A DNA stretch of 64,000 bases. It comes from Alphaproteobacteria bacterium. Lineage in GTDB: Bacteria; Pseudomonadota; Alphaproteobacteria; DSM-16000; Inquilinaceae. Position numbers and translations under genes: made by a program. The stretch covers positions 12,615 through 76,614 of the forward strand of contig JANQIU010000030.1 in assembly GCA_028281985.1 (NCBI GenBank). Direction: 5' to 3'. Positions 12,784 through 22,336 of the stretch are shown here, piece by piece. Every line of letters starts with the position of its first letter. The stretch's first letter is position 1. The notes under the pieces are model-generated. The model was not told the DNA's origin. It made no database searches and was given only the letters and a program-made list of their open reading frames with translations.

Positions 12784-13878
12784 TCAGCCCGCTTCCTCCG
12801 ACGGAAATACGAAAGCCTGCTTCAAGTCTACGCTCAGCGATACCGCGCTTCCCGCCGGCGGCAGGAATTGGCCCGGCATTCGGGAATGGACATGGTGGCG
12901 CGCCCCGTTTTCGTCCAGCACCGTCAGATGGATCAGGCTGCTGCTGCCCAGCACGCGGGCCGCATCGACGACGCCACGGACCGATGCCGCATCCCCGTCC
13001 AGGGTCAGGGCCAACCCTTCCGGCCGCACGAGCGCATCGACCGCCACACCGTCGGGCAGATCGGGTGCCGGCAGCCGGCCGAACGGGGTGGCCACGGCAC
13101 CGCCCCTGACCTGCCCCCCGCTGCGGTTCACATCGCCGAAGAAAGCCGCGGCGAATGGGGTTCGCGGGCGGTAGTAGAGGTCGACGGGTGTGCCGATCTG
13201 CTCCAACCGGCCGTCGCGCATCAGGGCGATGCGGTCCGCCAGGAACATCGCTTCTTCCGGGTCGTGGGTGACCAGCAGCGTGGCCACCGAATTCGCCTTC
13301 AGCACATGCAGCGTATCGTCGCGAACCGCCGCGCGCAGGCGCGCATCCAGGCCCGAGAACGGCTCATCCAGCAGCAGCACCCGCGGTTCCGGCGCCAGCG
13401 CGCGGGCCAGGGCCACCCGCTGTTGCTGGCCGCCCGACAGGGTGTGGGGAAAGGCCTCGGAGAACCCGCCCATTCCCACCTGCTCAAGGGATGTCCGCGC
13501 TCGGTTGCGGCGCAGCCGCCCGGCGTCGCCATTCAGCCCGAACGCGACGTTGTCCAGGACCGACAGATGCGGGAACAGTGCATAGTCCTGGAACACCAGG
13601 CCGATCCCGCGCTTCTCCGGCGGGACCGAGGATCGGCTGTGCGCCACGCGCTGCCCGGCGATCCTGACTTCGCCCGCCTGCAGCGTTTCCAGGCCGGCGC
13701 CCAGGCGAAGCAGTGTGGACTTGCCGCAACCGGATGGGCCGACCAGACAGACGATCTCGCCCTGGTCGACCCCCAGGGACACGCTATCGACCGCCGGAAA
13801 CCGGCCGTAACTGTGGCTGACGGCGTGGTAGGAGAGCGCAGCCGGTCGATCGTTCGGCGCAGTCGCGTTGGACCTCAT
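12784..13878 (-). CDS. importer-type ABC transporter ATP-binding protein with a C-terminal TOBE-like domain (PotA/FbpC-like)
   Basis: Walker [10 protein letters not shown], signature [15 protein letters not shown], Walker B LLLDEPFS. No adjacent permease or binding-protein gene. Confidence 0.85.
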   Translation of the reverse strand: MRSNATAPNDRPAALSYHAVSHSYGRFPAVDSVSLGVDQGEIVCLVGPSGCGKSTLLRLGAGLETLQAGEVRIAGQRVAHSRSSVPPEKRGIGLVFQDYALFPHLSVLDNVAFGLNGDAGRLRRNRARTSLEQVGMGGFSEAFPHTLSGGQQQRVALARALAPEPRVLLLDEPFSGLDARLRAAVRDDTLHVLKANSVATLLVTHDPEEAMFLADRIALMRDGRLEQIGTPVDLYYRPRTPFAAAFFGDVNRSGGQVRGGAVATPFGRLPAPDLPDGVAVDALVRPEGLALTLDGDAASVRGVVDAARVLGSSSLIHLTVLDENGARHHVHSRMPGQFLPPAGSAVSLSVDLKQAFVFPSEEAG

Positions 13879-14019
13879 GGCCGCGGCAGCTCAGATGACG
13901 GGTCTGCGGTTGGCGATGGCCGACGACTTAGTGGCCGGCGAACGAAATTGCAACGCATTCTCATGTCGCCGGCAGCGACGGTCCCGGAAGCCCTTTGTCT
14001 CGCCGCACGTCCGCTGGCC

Positions 14020-14661
14020 TCATTCCTGGGCCGCGGCTGCGTCGTCGCCGGCCGCCTCGTCCTCGTCGGCATCACTGCCCTCGCCCAGGATCCGGCCGCC
14101 CGGCAGCTTCGCAATGGCGGGCCCCGTCTCCAGCAGTCCCGCGGCCTTCAGTTCGGCGACCCCGGGCAGGTCGTCCAGATGGGCGAGCTGAAAATGGTCC
14201 AGGAAGGCCGGGGTGGTGACCCAGGTCACCGGGCGCCCCGGCGTCTGTCGGCGACGTCCGGGCCGCACCCAATCCACCTCCATCAACGTGTCCAGCGTGC
14301 CGCGGCTGGTCGCCACGCCGCGGATCTGCTCGATCTCCGCGCGCGTTACCGGCTGGTGGTAGGCAATGATCGCCAGGGTTTCCAGGGCTGCCCGCGGCAG
14401 CTTGCGGGGCTCCACGATCTCAAGCTGCAGCTTGCCGGCGAGATCCACCGCGGTCCGGAAGGCCCAGCCCGACCCGGTCTGGACCAGGTTCACACCCCGC
14501 CCCCGATAGTGGTCGGCCAACGCCGCCAGAACGCGGGGAACATCGGTTCCGTCGGCCAGTCTGTCGGCGATCGCCGTCTCCGGCATCGGCTCAGGCGCGG
14601 CGAACAGCAGGGCTTCGACCACGCGGACATCCTGGGCAAGCTTGCTCATATCCGAGATCAA
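14020..14661 (-). CDS. scpB: segregation and condensation protein B
   Basis: Motifs VVEALLFAAPEPM and ETLAIIAYHQPVTRAEIEQIRGV. TTG at 14661 overlaps the scpA stop. The alternative ATG is at 14649. Confidence 0.88.
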   Translation of the reverse strand: MISDMSKLAQDVRVVEALLFAAPEPMPETAIADRLADGTDVPRVLAALADHYRGRGVNLVQTGSGWAFRTAVDLAGKLQLEIVEPRKLPRAALETLAIIAYHQPVTRAEIEQIRGVATSRGTLDTLMEVDWVRPGRRRQTPGRPVTWVTTPAFLDHFQLAHLDDLPGVAELKAAGLLETGPAIAKLPGGRILGEGSDADEDEAAGDDAAAAQE

Positions 14662-15491
14662 TCCGCCTGGGAGCCGGCCTGCCGGAGCAGGATCGGCCCA
14701 TAGGTCAGGTCCTGGCGGATCTCGACAATCCCGTCGCGCGCCAGTTCCAGGGAGGCCGCGAAGGTGGCTGCCAAAGCCGACCGCCTGACCAGGGGTTGAC
14801 CGATCGCCTCCGGCAGGAGGGCGACCAACGGCATCCAGTCGGACGCCTGGCCCAGAAGCCGGCGCAGCCTGACCAGGGCATCGTCGGTCGAGTACAGGCG
14901 CGAGGGCTCGACCTGCAAGGTCGTCTCAGCCACCTGCTTGCGCCGGCTCTGGTCGGCATAGGCCCGCAGGAGTTCGTACAGGGTCGCCGTATAGACCGGC
15001 CGGCGGACGGTCTGCAGCGGCTCGGTTGCGCCGCGGGGATGTACATCGATCCCCAGCCGCGGCCGCGACATCAAGCGGACCCCGGCGTCGCGCATCGATT
15101 CCAACCGCCGCAGTTGGAATGCCAGCGCAGCAGCCAGCTCCGCGCCGGTCGGCTCGCTGTCATCGGCGGGCACCGGGAGGAGCAGGCGCGACTTCAGATA
15201 GGCAAGCCAAGCCGCCATCACCAGGTAATCGGCCGCCAGTTCGAGGCGGAGTTTCCGGGCACGCTCGATGAAGGACAGGTACTGGTCGGCAAGTTGCAGG
15301 ATCGACACCTGCGTCAGGTCCACCTTCTGCGCGCGGGCCTGGTCCAGAAGGACATCGATCGGCCCTTCATAGACATCTAACCGCAGGACGAACGCGTCGT
15401 CGGTCAGCCCGGCCGAACCGGGGGCCTGCGGATCGGGGTCCTCGGCGAAGCCCGGAGGTGCGACGGTGCCCGATGTACCCGCCTGCCCCAT
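14658..15491 (-). CDS. scpA: segregation and condensation protein A
   Basis: ATG at 15491. Motifs VYEGPIDVLLDQARAQKVDLTQVSILQLADQY. The upstream part of track ORF 14658..15761 is a shadow of the M50 gene. Confidence 0.88.
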   Translation of the reverse strand: MGQAGTSGTVAPPGFAEDPDPQAPGSAGLTDDAFVLRLDVYEGPIDVLLDQARAQKVDLTQVSILQLADQYLSFIERARKLRLELAADYLVMAAWLAYLKSRLLLPVPADDSEPTGAELAAALAFQLRRLESMRDAGVRLMSRPRLGIDVHPRGATEPLQTVRRPVYTATLYELLRAYADQSRRKQVAETTLQVEPSRLYSTDDALVRLRRLLGQASDWMPLVALLPEAIGQPLVRRSALAATFAASLELARDGIVEIRQDLTYGPILLRQAGSQAD

Positions 15492-16171
15492 CAAATCATT
15501 CCGGTCAGGTGGCCGATGGCGACCCGAAGCCAGTTGGCGGGCTCCAGCACCAGCTTGGCGAAGACGTTCAGATCCCATCCGACCAGCCGGCCGGCCAGTG
15601 GGATCACGAAAAGGATGACCACAAGGATGATCAGGCCGTAACGCTCCAGCCGGGCCAGTCGCTGGCCCAACGCAGGGGGCAGAATGCCGACGGCGACCCG
15701 ACCGCCATCGAGGGGCGGAAGCGGCATCATGTTGAAGACGGTCAGGATGACGTTGATCCACACCGACACGGCCAGCGCATCGGAGATCCAGCGCTCGGGG
15801 CTGTCCGGCAGCGGCGTGGTGAACCGCAGCAGGATCGCCGACACCAGCGCCAGAACGAGGTTCGTTGCGGGACCCGCAATCGCCACGATGGCCATATCGC
15901 GTACCGGGCGGTGCATGCGGCGCGGGTTCACCGGGACCGGACGGGCCCAGCCGAAGATGAACTGCGTGAACAGGAGCATGAACCCGGGCAGCAGGATGGT
16001 GCCTACCGGATCGACATGGCGCACCGGGTTCAGCGTGACCCGGCCGCGCTTTCGCGCAGTGTCGTCTCCCAGCCGATAGGCGACGAGCCCATGCGCCGCT
16101 TCGTGCAGGGTGATCGCCAGGATGATCGGCACACCCCAGACGATCAGAATGTAGACGGGATCATCCGGCAC
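15491..16171 (-). CDS. site-2 protease family (M50) membrane metallopeptidase
   Basis: HEAAH zinc motif in TM1 and NMMPLPPLDGG motif. GTG start. The stop shares one nt with the scpA ATG (TGATG). Confidence 0.8.
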   Translation of the reverse strand: MPDDPVYILIVWGVPIILAITLHEAAHGLVAYRLGDDTARKRGRVTLNPVRHVDPVGTILLPGFMLLFTQFIFGWARPVPVNPRRMHRPVRDMAIVAIAGPATNLVLALVSAILLRFTTPLPDSPERWISDALAVSVWINVILTVFNMMPLPPLDGGRVAVGILPPALGQRLARLERYGLIILVVILFVIPLAGRLVGWDLNVFAKLVLEPANWLRVAIGHLTGMI

Positions 16172-16183
16172 GGGTCGGGATCT

Positions 16184-17218
16184 TCACGCGGCGATAGGCA
16201 GGTCGGCCAGGCGGGCGGTCAAGGCGCGCCGATCGACCGGCTCGGGCGAGGCCGCAACCCGCGCCATGCTTCGGCCTAGACGGTGCATCGCCGCATCCCG
16301 CAGCAGGTCGACGGAGGCGGCAATGGACTGCATCTCATGAAGGTTGCCGTTGCAATGAAGGGCCACATCGCAGCCTGCCGTCAGCGCCGCCTTTGCCCGA
16401 ACAGCCGGTGGTCCGGTCAACGCATCCATGCAGAGATCGTCGCTCAAGAGCAACCCGTCAAAGCCGATTCGGCCCCGGATCACGGTGTCGATAAGGTGCT
16501 TCGACTGCGTCGCGGGCCGATCGGCGTCGATCGCCGGAAAGACGATGTGGGCGGTCAGACCCCAGGGCAGGTCCGAAAGCGACAGGAAGGGCTGGAAATC
16601 GGCCTGCTCCAGCACGTTCAAGTCCACATCGACGAACGGCAAGGTCAGATGGCTGTCGACCTTCGCCCGGCCATGCCCCGGCAGATGCTTGGCCACCGGC
16701 ACCACGCCGCCGGCCATCAGACCTTCGGCAGCCGCGCGCCCCAAACGGGCGACAAGGCCGGGATCGGCGGAATAGGCACGATCACCGATGGCCTTCGTCG
16801 CCCGCGGCAGCCGCAGATCGAGGACCGGCAAGGCATCGACCGTCACCCCCAGGCGAAGAAGATCGTCGGCGATCAGCCGGCCCACAGCCCAGGCTGCCTC
16901 AACGGCGCGATCGGGATCGGTATCCGCCAGACGTCCGATCCGCCCGGCGGCTGGATAATCCGGCCAGTTTGGCGGGCGCAGGCGCTGAACCCGCCCGCCT
17001 TCCTGGTCGATCATTACCGGCGCGTCGTCGCGGCCGACCGCATTGCGAAGCGCGCCGGTCAGACGGCGGATCTGCTCCGGGTCGCGGCAGTTCCGACGGA
17101 ACAGGATGAACCCGAGGGGATCGGCATCGGCAAAGAACGCCCGTTCGTCGGCCGTCAGGGCTTCCGCTGAACAGCCGAAGATGACCGCACGCGGACGATG
17201 CGGCGCGTCAGCGGACAA
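16184..17218 (-). CDS. nagZ: beta-N-acetylhexosaminidase (GH3)
   Basis: Motifs MIDQEGGRVQRL, KHLPGHGRA, LLLSDDLCM. TTG start (no ATG available) overlaps the SPOR gene stop. Confidence 0.87.
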   Translation of the reverse strand: MSADAPHRPRAVIFGCSAEALTADERAFFADADPLGFILFRRNCRDPEQIRRLTGALRNAVGRDDAPVMIDQEGGRVQRLRPPNWPDYPAAGRIGRLADTDPDRAVEAAWAVGRLIADDLLRLGVTVDALPVLDLRLPRATKAIGDRAYSADPGLVARLGRAAAEGLMAGGVVPVAKHLPGHGRAKVDSHLTLPFVDVDLNVLEQADFQPFLSLSDLPWGLTAHIVFPAIDADRPATQSKHLIDTVIRGRIGFDGLLLSDDLCMDALTGPPAVRAKAALTAGCDVALHCNGNLHEMQSIAASVDLLRDAAMHRLGRSMARVAASPEPVDRRALTARLADLPIAA

Positions 17219-18527
17219 TACAGTCGGCCCCCAGATCCTGAAGGGAGCGGCAACGGTCCCGGGCGGCTGCCTCGGTCAGCAGGCCGCCCTGGATGCGGTA
17301 GAAGAGCTGACCGTTAACCTCGACCGTGGTGACGATGAGCTGAAGATCGCCCAGAAGGCTCGGGAACTGCCCCTGGAACCGGACCCATTCCTGGCGCGCG
17401 ACCTCTTCACTCTCCACCGCCGCCACCTGGATCCGGCTGTCGCCCTCCGATTCCGGCTGCGTCGGCAGCGCAGGGATCACAGTGATGGGCGTTGGTTCCG
17501 GCTCCACCGACATGAGATCAGGGGGCACGCCGAGCTGCGCCGCCAAGAACGGACCGGCAGGCCCTGCCGCAACCGGCTCGGCACCGGCCAGCGGTTCGGG
17601 ATCGTCGGCGGCAGCTTGTGCCGGCGGTGGCAGAGCGTCCGACGGACCGGAGTCGCCCGCATCCGGATCGGCCGCCGGACTTACGGTTTCGTCGGCGAGC
17701 AGCGACTCCGGCGCATCGTCGGCAGCGCCGGTGTCGTCTGGGCTGGCGGCCGAAGCGGCGGGTTCGAGATTGATCGGCGCCGCCGCTTCATCGCGCAGGG
17801 CTTCGATCACCGATTCGATGCTGTCCGGGGGCTCGGGCGCATCCAGCGCCGACACGGCGGCGTCCGTCGGTTCGGCCGCCCCCGCCAGCTCGGCCGCCCC
17901 AGTTGCCTCGACCGCCTCGGCCCCGGGTGCGGCCCGATCGATCAGCGCCTCAGGGGATGGGAAGGATGCCAAAGGCGCGATCTGTATGTCTTCGGCCGGT
18001 TGCGCCGTAGGTTCGACCGGCAAGCCGGCCGGTTCGGAGCCCAATTCCTCCTGTCCGGCACGTTCCGCCGCGATGTCGATGGCGGGGGCAGGACGGGCAA
18101 CGGGCTCCTCGGGGGGCGGCGCAATGGTGCCGATCTCCGGCGCATCGCTTCCGCGCTCCGTGTCGTGCAGGACAGCCCGGTCCAGATGCGGAACGTCGAT
18201 CCCGCCGGGCTCTTCGGGGCGCAGGCGAACCGGCGTGTGATCCGCGCGGATCAGCGGCACGTCGGCCAGCGAGACCGGCCCGGGATCACGGATCAGCGTG
18301 TACCAGCCGACCCCGGCACCGGCCCCCAGCAGGAGAAGGATGGCGATACCGGCCGTCCAGGCCCGGCGCCGGCCTCCGCTCGATGCCCGCTCGGGGCCGC
18401 GAGCCCGGGCGGCGGCAGGCGCAGCGGCGGTCGGTCGCGGGCCTGCCGACAAGCCGGCCGACGGCGGCGGGGCATGGGGCACGGCCACCTTCGGCTCCCC
18501 AACCTGATCCATCCGCCACTCGCCCAT
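17208..18527 (-). CDS. SPOR-domain membrane protein with a long acidic Ala/Pro-rich linker
   Basis: One N-terminal TM (AGIAILLLLGAGAGVGWY). C-terminal SPOR-like domain (RIQVAAVESEEVARQEW ... NGQLFYRIQGG). Confidence 0.75.
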   Translation of the reverse strand: MGEWRMDQVGEPKVAVPHAPPPSAGLSAGPRPTAAAPAAARARGPERASSGGRRRAWTAGIAILLLLGAGAGVGWYTLIRDPGPVSLADVPLIRADHTPVRLRPEEPGGIDVPHLDRAVLHDTERGSDAPEIGTIAPPPEEPVARPAPAIDIAAERAGQEELGSEPAGLPVEPTAQPAEDIQIAPLASFPSPEALIDRAAPGAEAVEATGAAELAGAAEPTDAAVSALDAPEPPDSIESVIEALRDEAAAPINLEPAASAASPDDTGAADDAPESLLADETVSPAADPDAGDSGPSDALPPPAQAAADDPEPLAGAEPVAAGPAGPFLAAQLGVPPDLMSVEPEPTPITVIPALPTQPESEGDSRIQVAAVESEEVARQEWVRFQGQFPSLLGDLQLIVTTVEVNGQLFYRIQGGLLTEAAARDRCRSLQDLGADCIVR

Positions 18528-18734
18528 CGCTACCTCTGCACCCCGCCCAAGCCGACCCCAACCGGTTCGCCCGACTCATCCGCACGAACACTAGCGCCGC
18601 CGCCAATCGGGGTTCAATCGGGACGGTCGCCCACCGGCGGACTCGCCATCCGACCGGCACCCTCAAGATAGTGTTAATTGGTTAATGCCCTTTTGATGTC
18701 GCATGCCCCGACGGTGCACCTCACCGTCGCCGCG

Positions 18735-19904
18735 TCAGGTCCGCACCGGATCCGTTATGCCGAACAGGCGGCGGTGTTCCAGCATCGCGTACCGGTCGGT
18801 CATACCGGCGATGTAGTCGGCCACATGGCGGGCGCGCCGGGCGTCGTCCGAGGCGGTACCCAGCACCTCCTGCCACGGGGTCGGCAGGCAGTTCGGCTCG
18901 GCCATGAACAGGTTGAAGAGGTCCGCCACCAGCCGGCGGGCCTTGCTGGTTTCGCGGTTGATCCGGTAGTGCCGGTACATGCGTTCGAACAGGAAGTCCC
19001 GCAAGCGGCGCTCGTCCTCCTGTTCCTGGGCCGAAGGCTGGGCCATGGGCGTGCCGGCCAGCCGAATGGCTTCGGGATCATCCGGTGCCAGCGCTTCCAG
19101 CCGGCGCGACGTCTCGGCAAGCAGATCGCCGACCATATGGCCGATCGTCTGGCGAACGATTTCGTGCGTCTGGCGGCGCGGCTCCAGTCCGGGATAGCGG
19201 CGGTCCAGTGTGCGCACGATCGGGCCGACGACCGGCAGATCCGCCAGTTCGTCGACGGTGAAGAAGCCGGCCCGCAACCCGTCATCGATATCGTGGTTGT
19301 TGTAGGCGATGTCGTCGGACACGGCGGCGATCTGCGCCTCCAGCGACGCGAAGGTGTCGAGGCGCAGATGCGCCCGGCCATCCAGCGCCAGGATGGACGC
19401 GAAGGCCGGCGAGCGGGCCTCTTCGGCGACCGGGCCGTTGTGCTTGACCACGCCCTCCAGCGTTTCCCAGGTCAGATTCAGCCCGTCGAATTCGGCATAC
19501 CGGCGCTCAAGATCGGTCAGTACCCTGACCGTCTGATCGTTATGGGAGAAGCCGCCGTAAGGCGCCATCAGGTCGTTCAGCACCGTCTCGCCGGCATGCC
19601 CGAACGGCGTGTGGCCCAGATCATGGGCCAGGGAGATGGCCTCGGCCAGGTCCTCGTCGACCTGCAGATGGCGCGCCACCGAGCGGGCGATCTGGGCCAC
19701 CTCCAGGCTGTGGGTCAGCCGGGTCCTGTAGTAGTCGCCTTCATGGAAGACGAAGACCTGGGTCTTATACTTCAGCCGGCGGAAGGCGGCGCAATGGATG
19801 ATCCTGTCCCGGTCGCGCTGATACGCGGTCCGGGTCTCGCTCTCCGGTTCGGCGTGAAGGCGGCCAAGCGAACGGCTCGGGTCGCAGGCGTAGGGCGCGG
19901 GCAT
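18735..19904 (-). CDS. deoxyguanosinetriphosphate triphosphohydrolase-like HD-domain protein
   Basis: Motifs QRDRDRIIHCAAFRRLKYKTQV, TRLTHSLEVAQIARS, LAHDLGHTPFGHAGE. ATG at 19904 preferred over the ORF start at 20009. Confidence 0.88.
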   Translation of the reverse strand: MPAPYACDPSRSLGRLHAEPESETRTAYQRDRDRIIHCAAFRRLKYKTQVFVFHEGDYYRTRLTHSLEVAQIARSVARHLQVDEDLAEAISLAHDLGHTPFGHAGETVLNDLMAPYGGFSHNDQTVRVLTDLERRYAEFDGLNLTWETLEGVVKHNGPVAEEARSPAFASILALDGRAHLRLDTFASLEAQIAAVSDDIAYNNHDIDDGLRAGFFTVDELADLPVVGPIVRTLDRRYPGLEPRRQTHEIVRQTIGHMVGDLLAETSRRLEALAPDDPEAIRLAGTPMAQPSAQEQEDERRLRDFLFERMYRHYRINRETSKARRLVADLFNLFMAEPNCLPTPWQEVLGTASDDARRARHVADYIAGMTDRYAMLEHRRLFGITDPVRT

Positions 19905-20053
19905 GTCCCGTACCGTATCAACGGCGTGGAGGATCGGCCAGAGCGCGCCGATCCGCGCCGTCGGGGCCGGGCCGATGATAAAGTGGCTTTGATGCAGCCG
20001 TTTCGGCACCTACATTCCGGACTAGGACATTTCAGTGTAATGCGAGCCAAGGC

Positions 20054-20428
20054 ATGGGCGATATGACGACCGGCGTTTCCGGTGCCGACGCGGCGACGGG
20101 GCGCAAGCTGATGATTTCCGCCGCGGCGGCGGCCCGCGTCGGCGAACTGCGACGACAGCAGGGCGATGACGCGCTGATGCTGCGCATTGCCGTCTCGGGC
20201 GGCGGGTGTTCGGGGTTCCAGTACGGCTTCAGCTTCGACGATACGGTGCGCGACGACGACCTGACCTTCGATCGGGATGGCGTCACGGTGGTCGTCGACG
20301 ACGTGTCGCTTGACCTGCTGGACGGGTCGGAGATCGATTTCGTCGAAGAGCTGATCGGCGCCTCGTTCCAGGTGCGCAACCCGAACGCTTCGTCTTCCTG
20401 CGGCTGCGGCACCTCGTTTGCGGTCTGA
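20054..20428 (+). CDS. HesB/IscA/ErpA-family iron-sulfur cluster insertion protein
   Basis: GGGCSGFQYGFSF and C-terminal CGCGTSF motif. Confidence 0.88.
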   Translation: MGDMTTGVSGADAATGRKLMISAAAAARVGELRRQQGDDALMLRIAVSGGGCSGFQYGFSFDDTVRDDDLTFDRDGVTVVVDDVSLDLLDGSEIDFVEELIGASFQVRNPNASSSCGCGTSFAV

Positions 20429-20437
20429 CGACCGGCC

Positions 20438-20944
20438 ATGTTGTCGGTCCGCAAGGTTCTGGAGATCCTGACCCGGGACTTTTTTGCGGACCAGGTGCGG
20501 TCGGACGCCGATCGCAAGTCCACGGCCGAGGCCACCTGGGACAGCTTCCGGACGGCCGCCGACGCGGACGCGGCCGAGCACGAGGAAGAACTGGCGGCGA
20601 CGGCGGCCGTGGTGCACGCCATGATTTCGGCGGCGGCGGCCGATGGCCGCATCGACGCCGAAGAACGGCGGCGGATCTTCTCCCGCCTGGACAAGGCGGA
20701 TCTCCTGCCCAGTGAACGGGCGGAGATCGAACGAGCGTTCGAGGCACCGATGCCGATCTACGCCCTGGCACGCGAAGCCACCACTCCGGCCCAGGCGCGG
20801 GCGATGTACGCCGGGGCCGTGGCCGCCATCATCGTGGACACGCCGGAGGAGACCGACTTTCTGCGCAGCCTCCGCGAGCGGCTGGGCCTTCCGGCCGATA
20901 CGATCTCCGAGATTCACGGCCGTTTCGGCCTGGATGGGGGCTGA
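20438..20944 (+). CDS. TerB-fold / DUF533-like protein
   Basis: DGRIDAEERRRIFSRL repeat logic and a second EETDFLRSLRERLGL helix pair. Confidence 0.65.
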   Translation: MLSVRKVLEILTRDFFADQVRSDADRKSTAEATWDSFRTAADADAAEHEEELAATAAVVHAMISAAAADGRIDAEERRRIFSRLDKADLLPSERAEIERAFEAPMPIYALAREATTPAQARAMYAGAVAAIIVDTPEETDFLRSLRERLGLPADTISEIHGRFGLDGG

Positions 20945-20953
20945 CCAGACGCC

Positions 20954-21754
20954 ATGCGGATCGCCACCTGGAACGTCAATTCGGTGAAGGCCCGCCTGCC
21001 GGTCGTCGTGGACTGGCTGGGCGAAGTCCAGCCGGATGTGGCGCTGCTGCAGGAGATCAAATGCGAAGCCGACGCCTTCCCACAGGAAGCGATCGGCGAC
21101 CTGGGCTACAACATGGCCGTGGTCGGCCAGCGTGCCTACAACGGCGTGGCCATCCTGTCGAAGCGGCCGCTGGAGGATGTTCGCGAAGGCCTGCCGGGCG
21201 ATCCCGAGGACGAACAGGCACGCTATGTGGAGGCGACGGTCGACGGGGTCAGGATCGCCTCGCTCTATCTGCCGAACGGCAATCCGGTTTCGGACGCCAC
21301 GGGTCAGCTTAGCGACAAATACACCTACAAGCTCGCCTGGATGGACCGGCTGCGCGACCGGGCCGCTGACCTGTTGAACGAAGACTGGACCTTCGTCCTG
21401 GGCGGTGATTTCAACGTCATCCCCCAAGCGATGGACTGCTACGATCCGGCCGGTTGGGCGGAAGATGCGCTATACAGGCTGGAAACGCGCCGAAGTTTCC
21501 GCAGCCTGGTTCATCTCGGGCTGGTGGATGCGTATCGGGCGCTGCATGACGGCGCTGGCGCCTATACTTTCTGGGACTATCAGGGCGGCGCCTGGAACAA
21601 GGACAACGGCATCCGCATCGACCACCTGCTGCTATCCCCGCAGGCGTCGGATCGGCTGGACGCCTGCGAGATCGATCGCAAACCCCGCGGCCGGGCCAAG
21701 GCCAGCGACCATACACCGGTGATCGTCACACTGAAGGATCGGGGACTACCCTAG
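20954..21754 (+). CDS. xthA: exodeoxyribonuclease III
   Basis: Motifs MRIATWNVNSV, LLQEIK, NGVAILSK, IDHLLLSP, SDHTPV. Confidence 0.93.
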   Translation: MRIATWNVNSVKARLPVVVDWLGEVQPDVALLQEIKCEADAFPQEAIGDLGYNMAVVGQRAYNGVAILSKRPLEDVREGLPGDPEDEQARYVEATVDGVRIASLYLPNGNPVSDATGQLSDKYTYKLAWMDRLRDRAADLLNEDWTFVLGGDFNVIPQAMDCYDPAGWAEDALYRLETRRSFRSLVHLGLVDAYRALHDGAGAYTFWDYQGGAWNKDNGIRIDHLLLSPQASDRLDACEIDRKPRGRAKASDHTPVIVTLKDRGLP

Positions 21755-21806
21755 TCGGGGACAGTTTACTTAACTCTTCTAGAGTTAAGTAAACTGTCCC
21801 CGACTA
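21752..21806. repeat. perfect 26-bp inverted repeat with a 3-nt spacer, starting at the xthA stop codon
   Basis: Read directly: TAGTCGGGGACAGTTTACTTAACTCT-tct-AGAGTTAAGTAAACTGTCCCCGACTA. AT-richer than the flanks. No T-run follows. Confidence 0.9.
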
Positions 21807-21829
21807 AGGCTGTCCTTGGTAAGAAAGCC

Positions 21830-22201
21830 ATGCAAAGCACACCAATGCTGTTCGTGCGCGATGTCAGGGCCAGTGGCGCCTGGTATCGCGACCTGTTGGG
21901 TGCGGCCACCGACCACGACCGGGACGATTTCGACCGGATCGTCGACGGCGACCAGGTTCTGATGATGCTGCACCGCTGGGACCATGCCGAGCACGGCATG
22001 CCGGCACGGCCGACGGATGCCGAGGCCGGCCTTGGCGTCATGGTTTGGGTCACCGTGCCGGACCTGGACGCTGTCCACGCCCGGGCCGGCGCTATGGGTG
22101 CGGAGATCGTCTCCGAACCGCATCGGAACCCCCTGGCCGGCTGGCGCGAATTCACATTGCGCGATCCCGACGGCTATCGGATCGCCTTCGTGCAGTGGTG
22201 A
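21830..22201 (+). CDS. VOC (glyoxalase/bleomycin-resistance fold) family protein
   Basis: 123 aa with a typical VOC beta-alpha-beta pattern (PMLFVRDVRASGAWY ... REFTLRDPDGYRIAF). Confidence 0.8.
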   Translation: MQSTPMLFVRDVRASGAWYRDLLGAATDHDRDDFDRIVDGDQVLMMLHRWDHAEHGMPARPTDAEAGLGVMVWVTVPDLDAVHARAGAMGAEIVSEPHRNPLAGWREFTLRDPDGYRIAFVQW

Positions 22202-22302
22202 TTTGCTGGATTGACAAGCGTGGGAAGTCCTAGTTGCTGCGATTCTTCCACAACATTCTCCACTCCTAAAAACTTTTTTGTGGACAATTCCGTGAATATC
22301 AA

Positions 22303-22333
22303 CAAAAAAAGAGGCGCAGCTAGCTGCGCCTCT
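22303..22333 (-). terminator. intrinsic terminator (minus-strand sense; possibly bidirectional)
   Basis: Perfect 22-nt palindrome GAGGCGCAGCTAGCTGCGCCTC (22311..22332). On the plus strand it is preceded by A7, which gives a U7 tail for minus-strand transcripts. Confidence 0.7.
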
Positions 22334-22336
22334 TAT

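Noticed and set aside
18661-18700. Direct repeat GTTAAT-tg-GTTAAT in the SPOR-gene upstream region.
   Set aside because: It is very short (6-nt units), has no known matching operator, and occurs once. I cannot distinguish it from chance.
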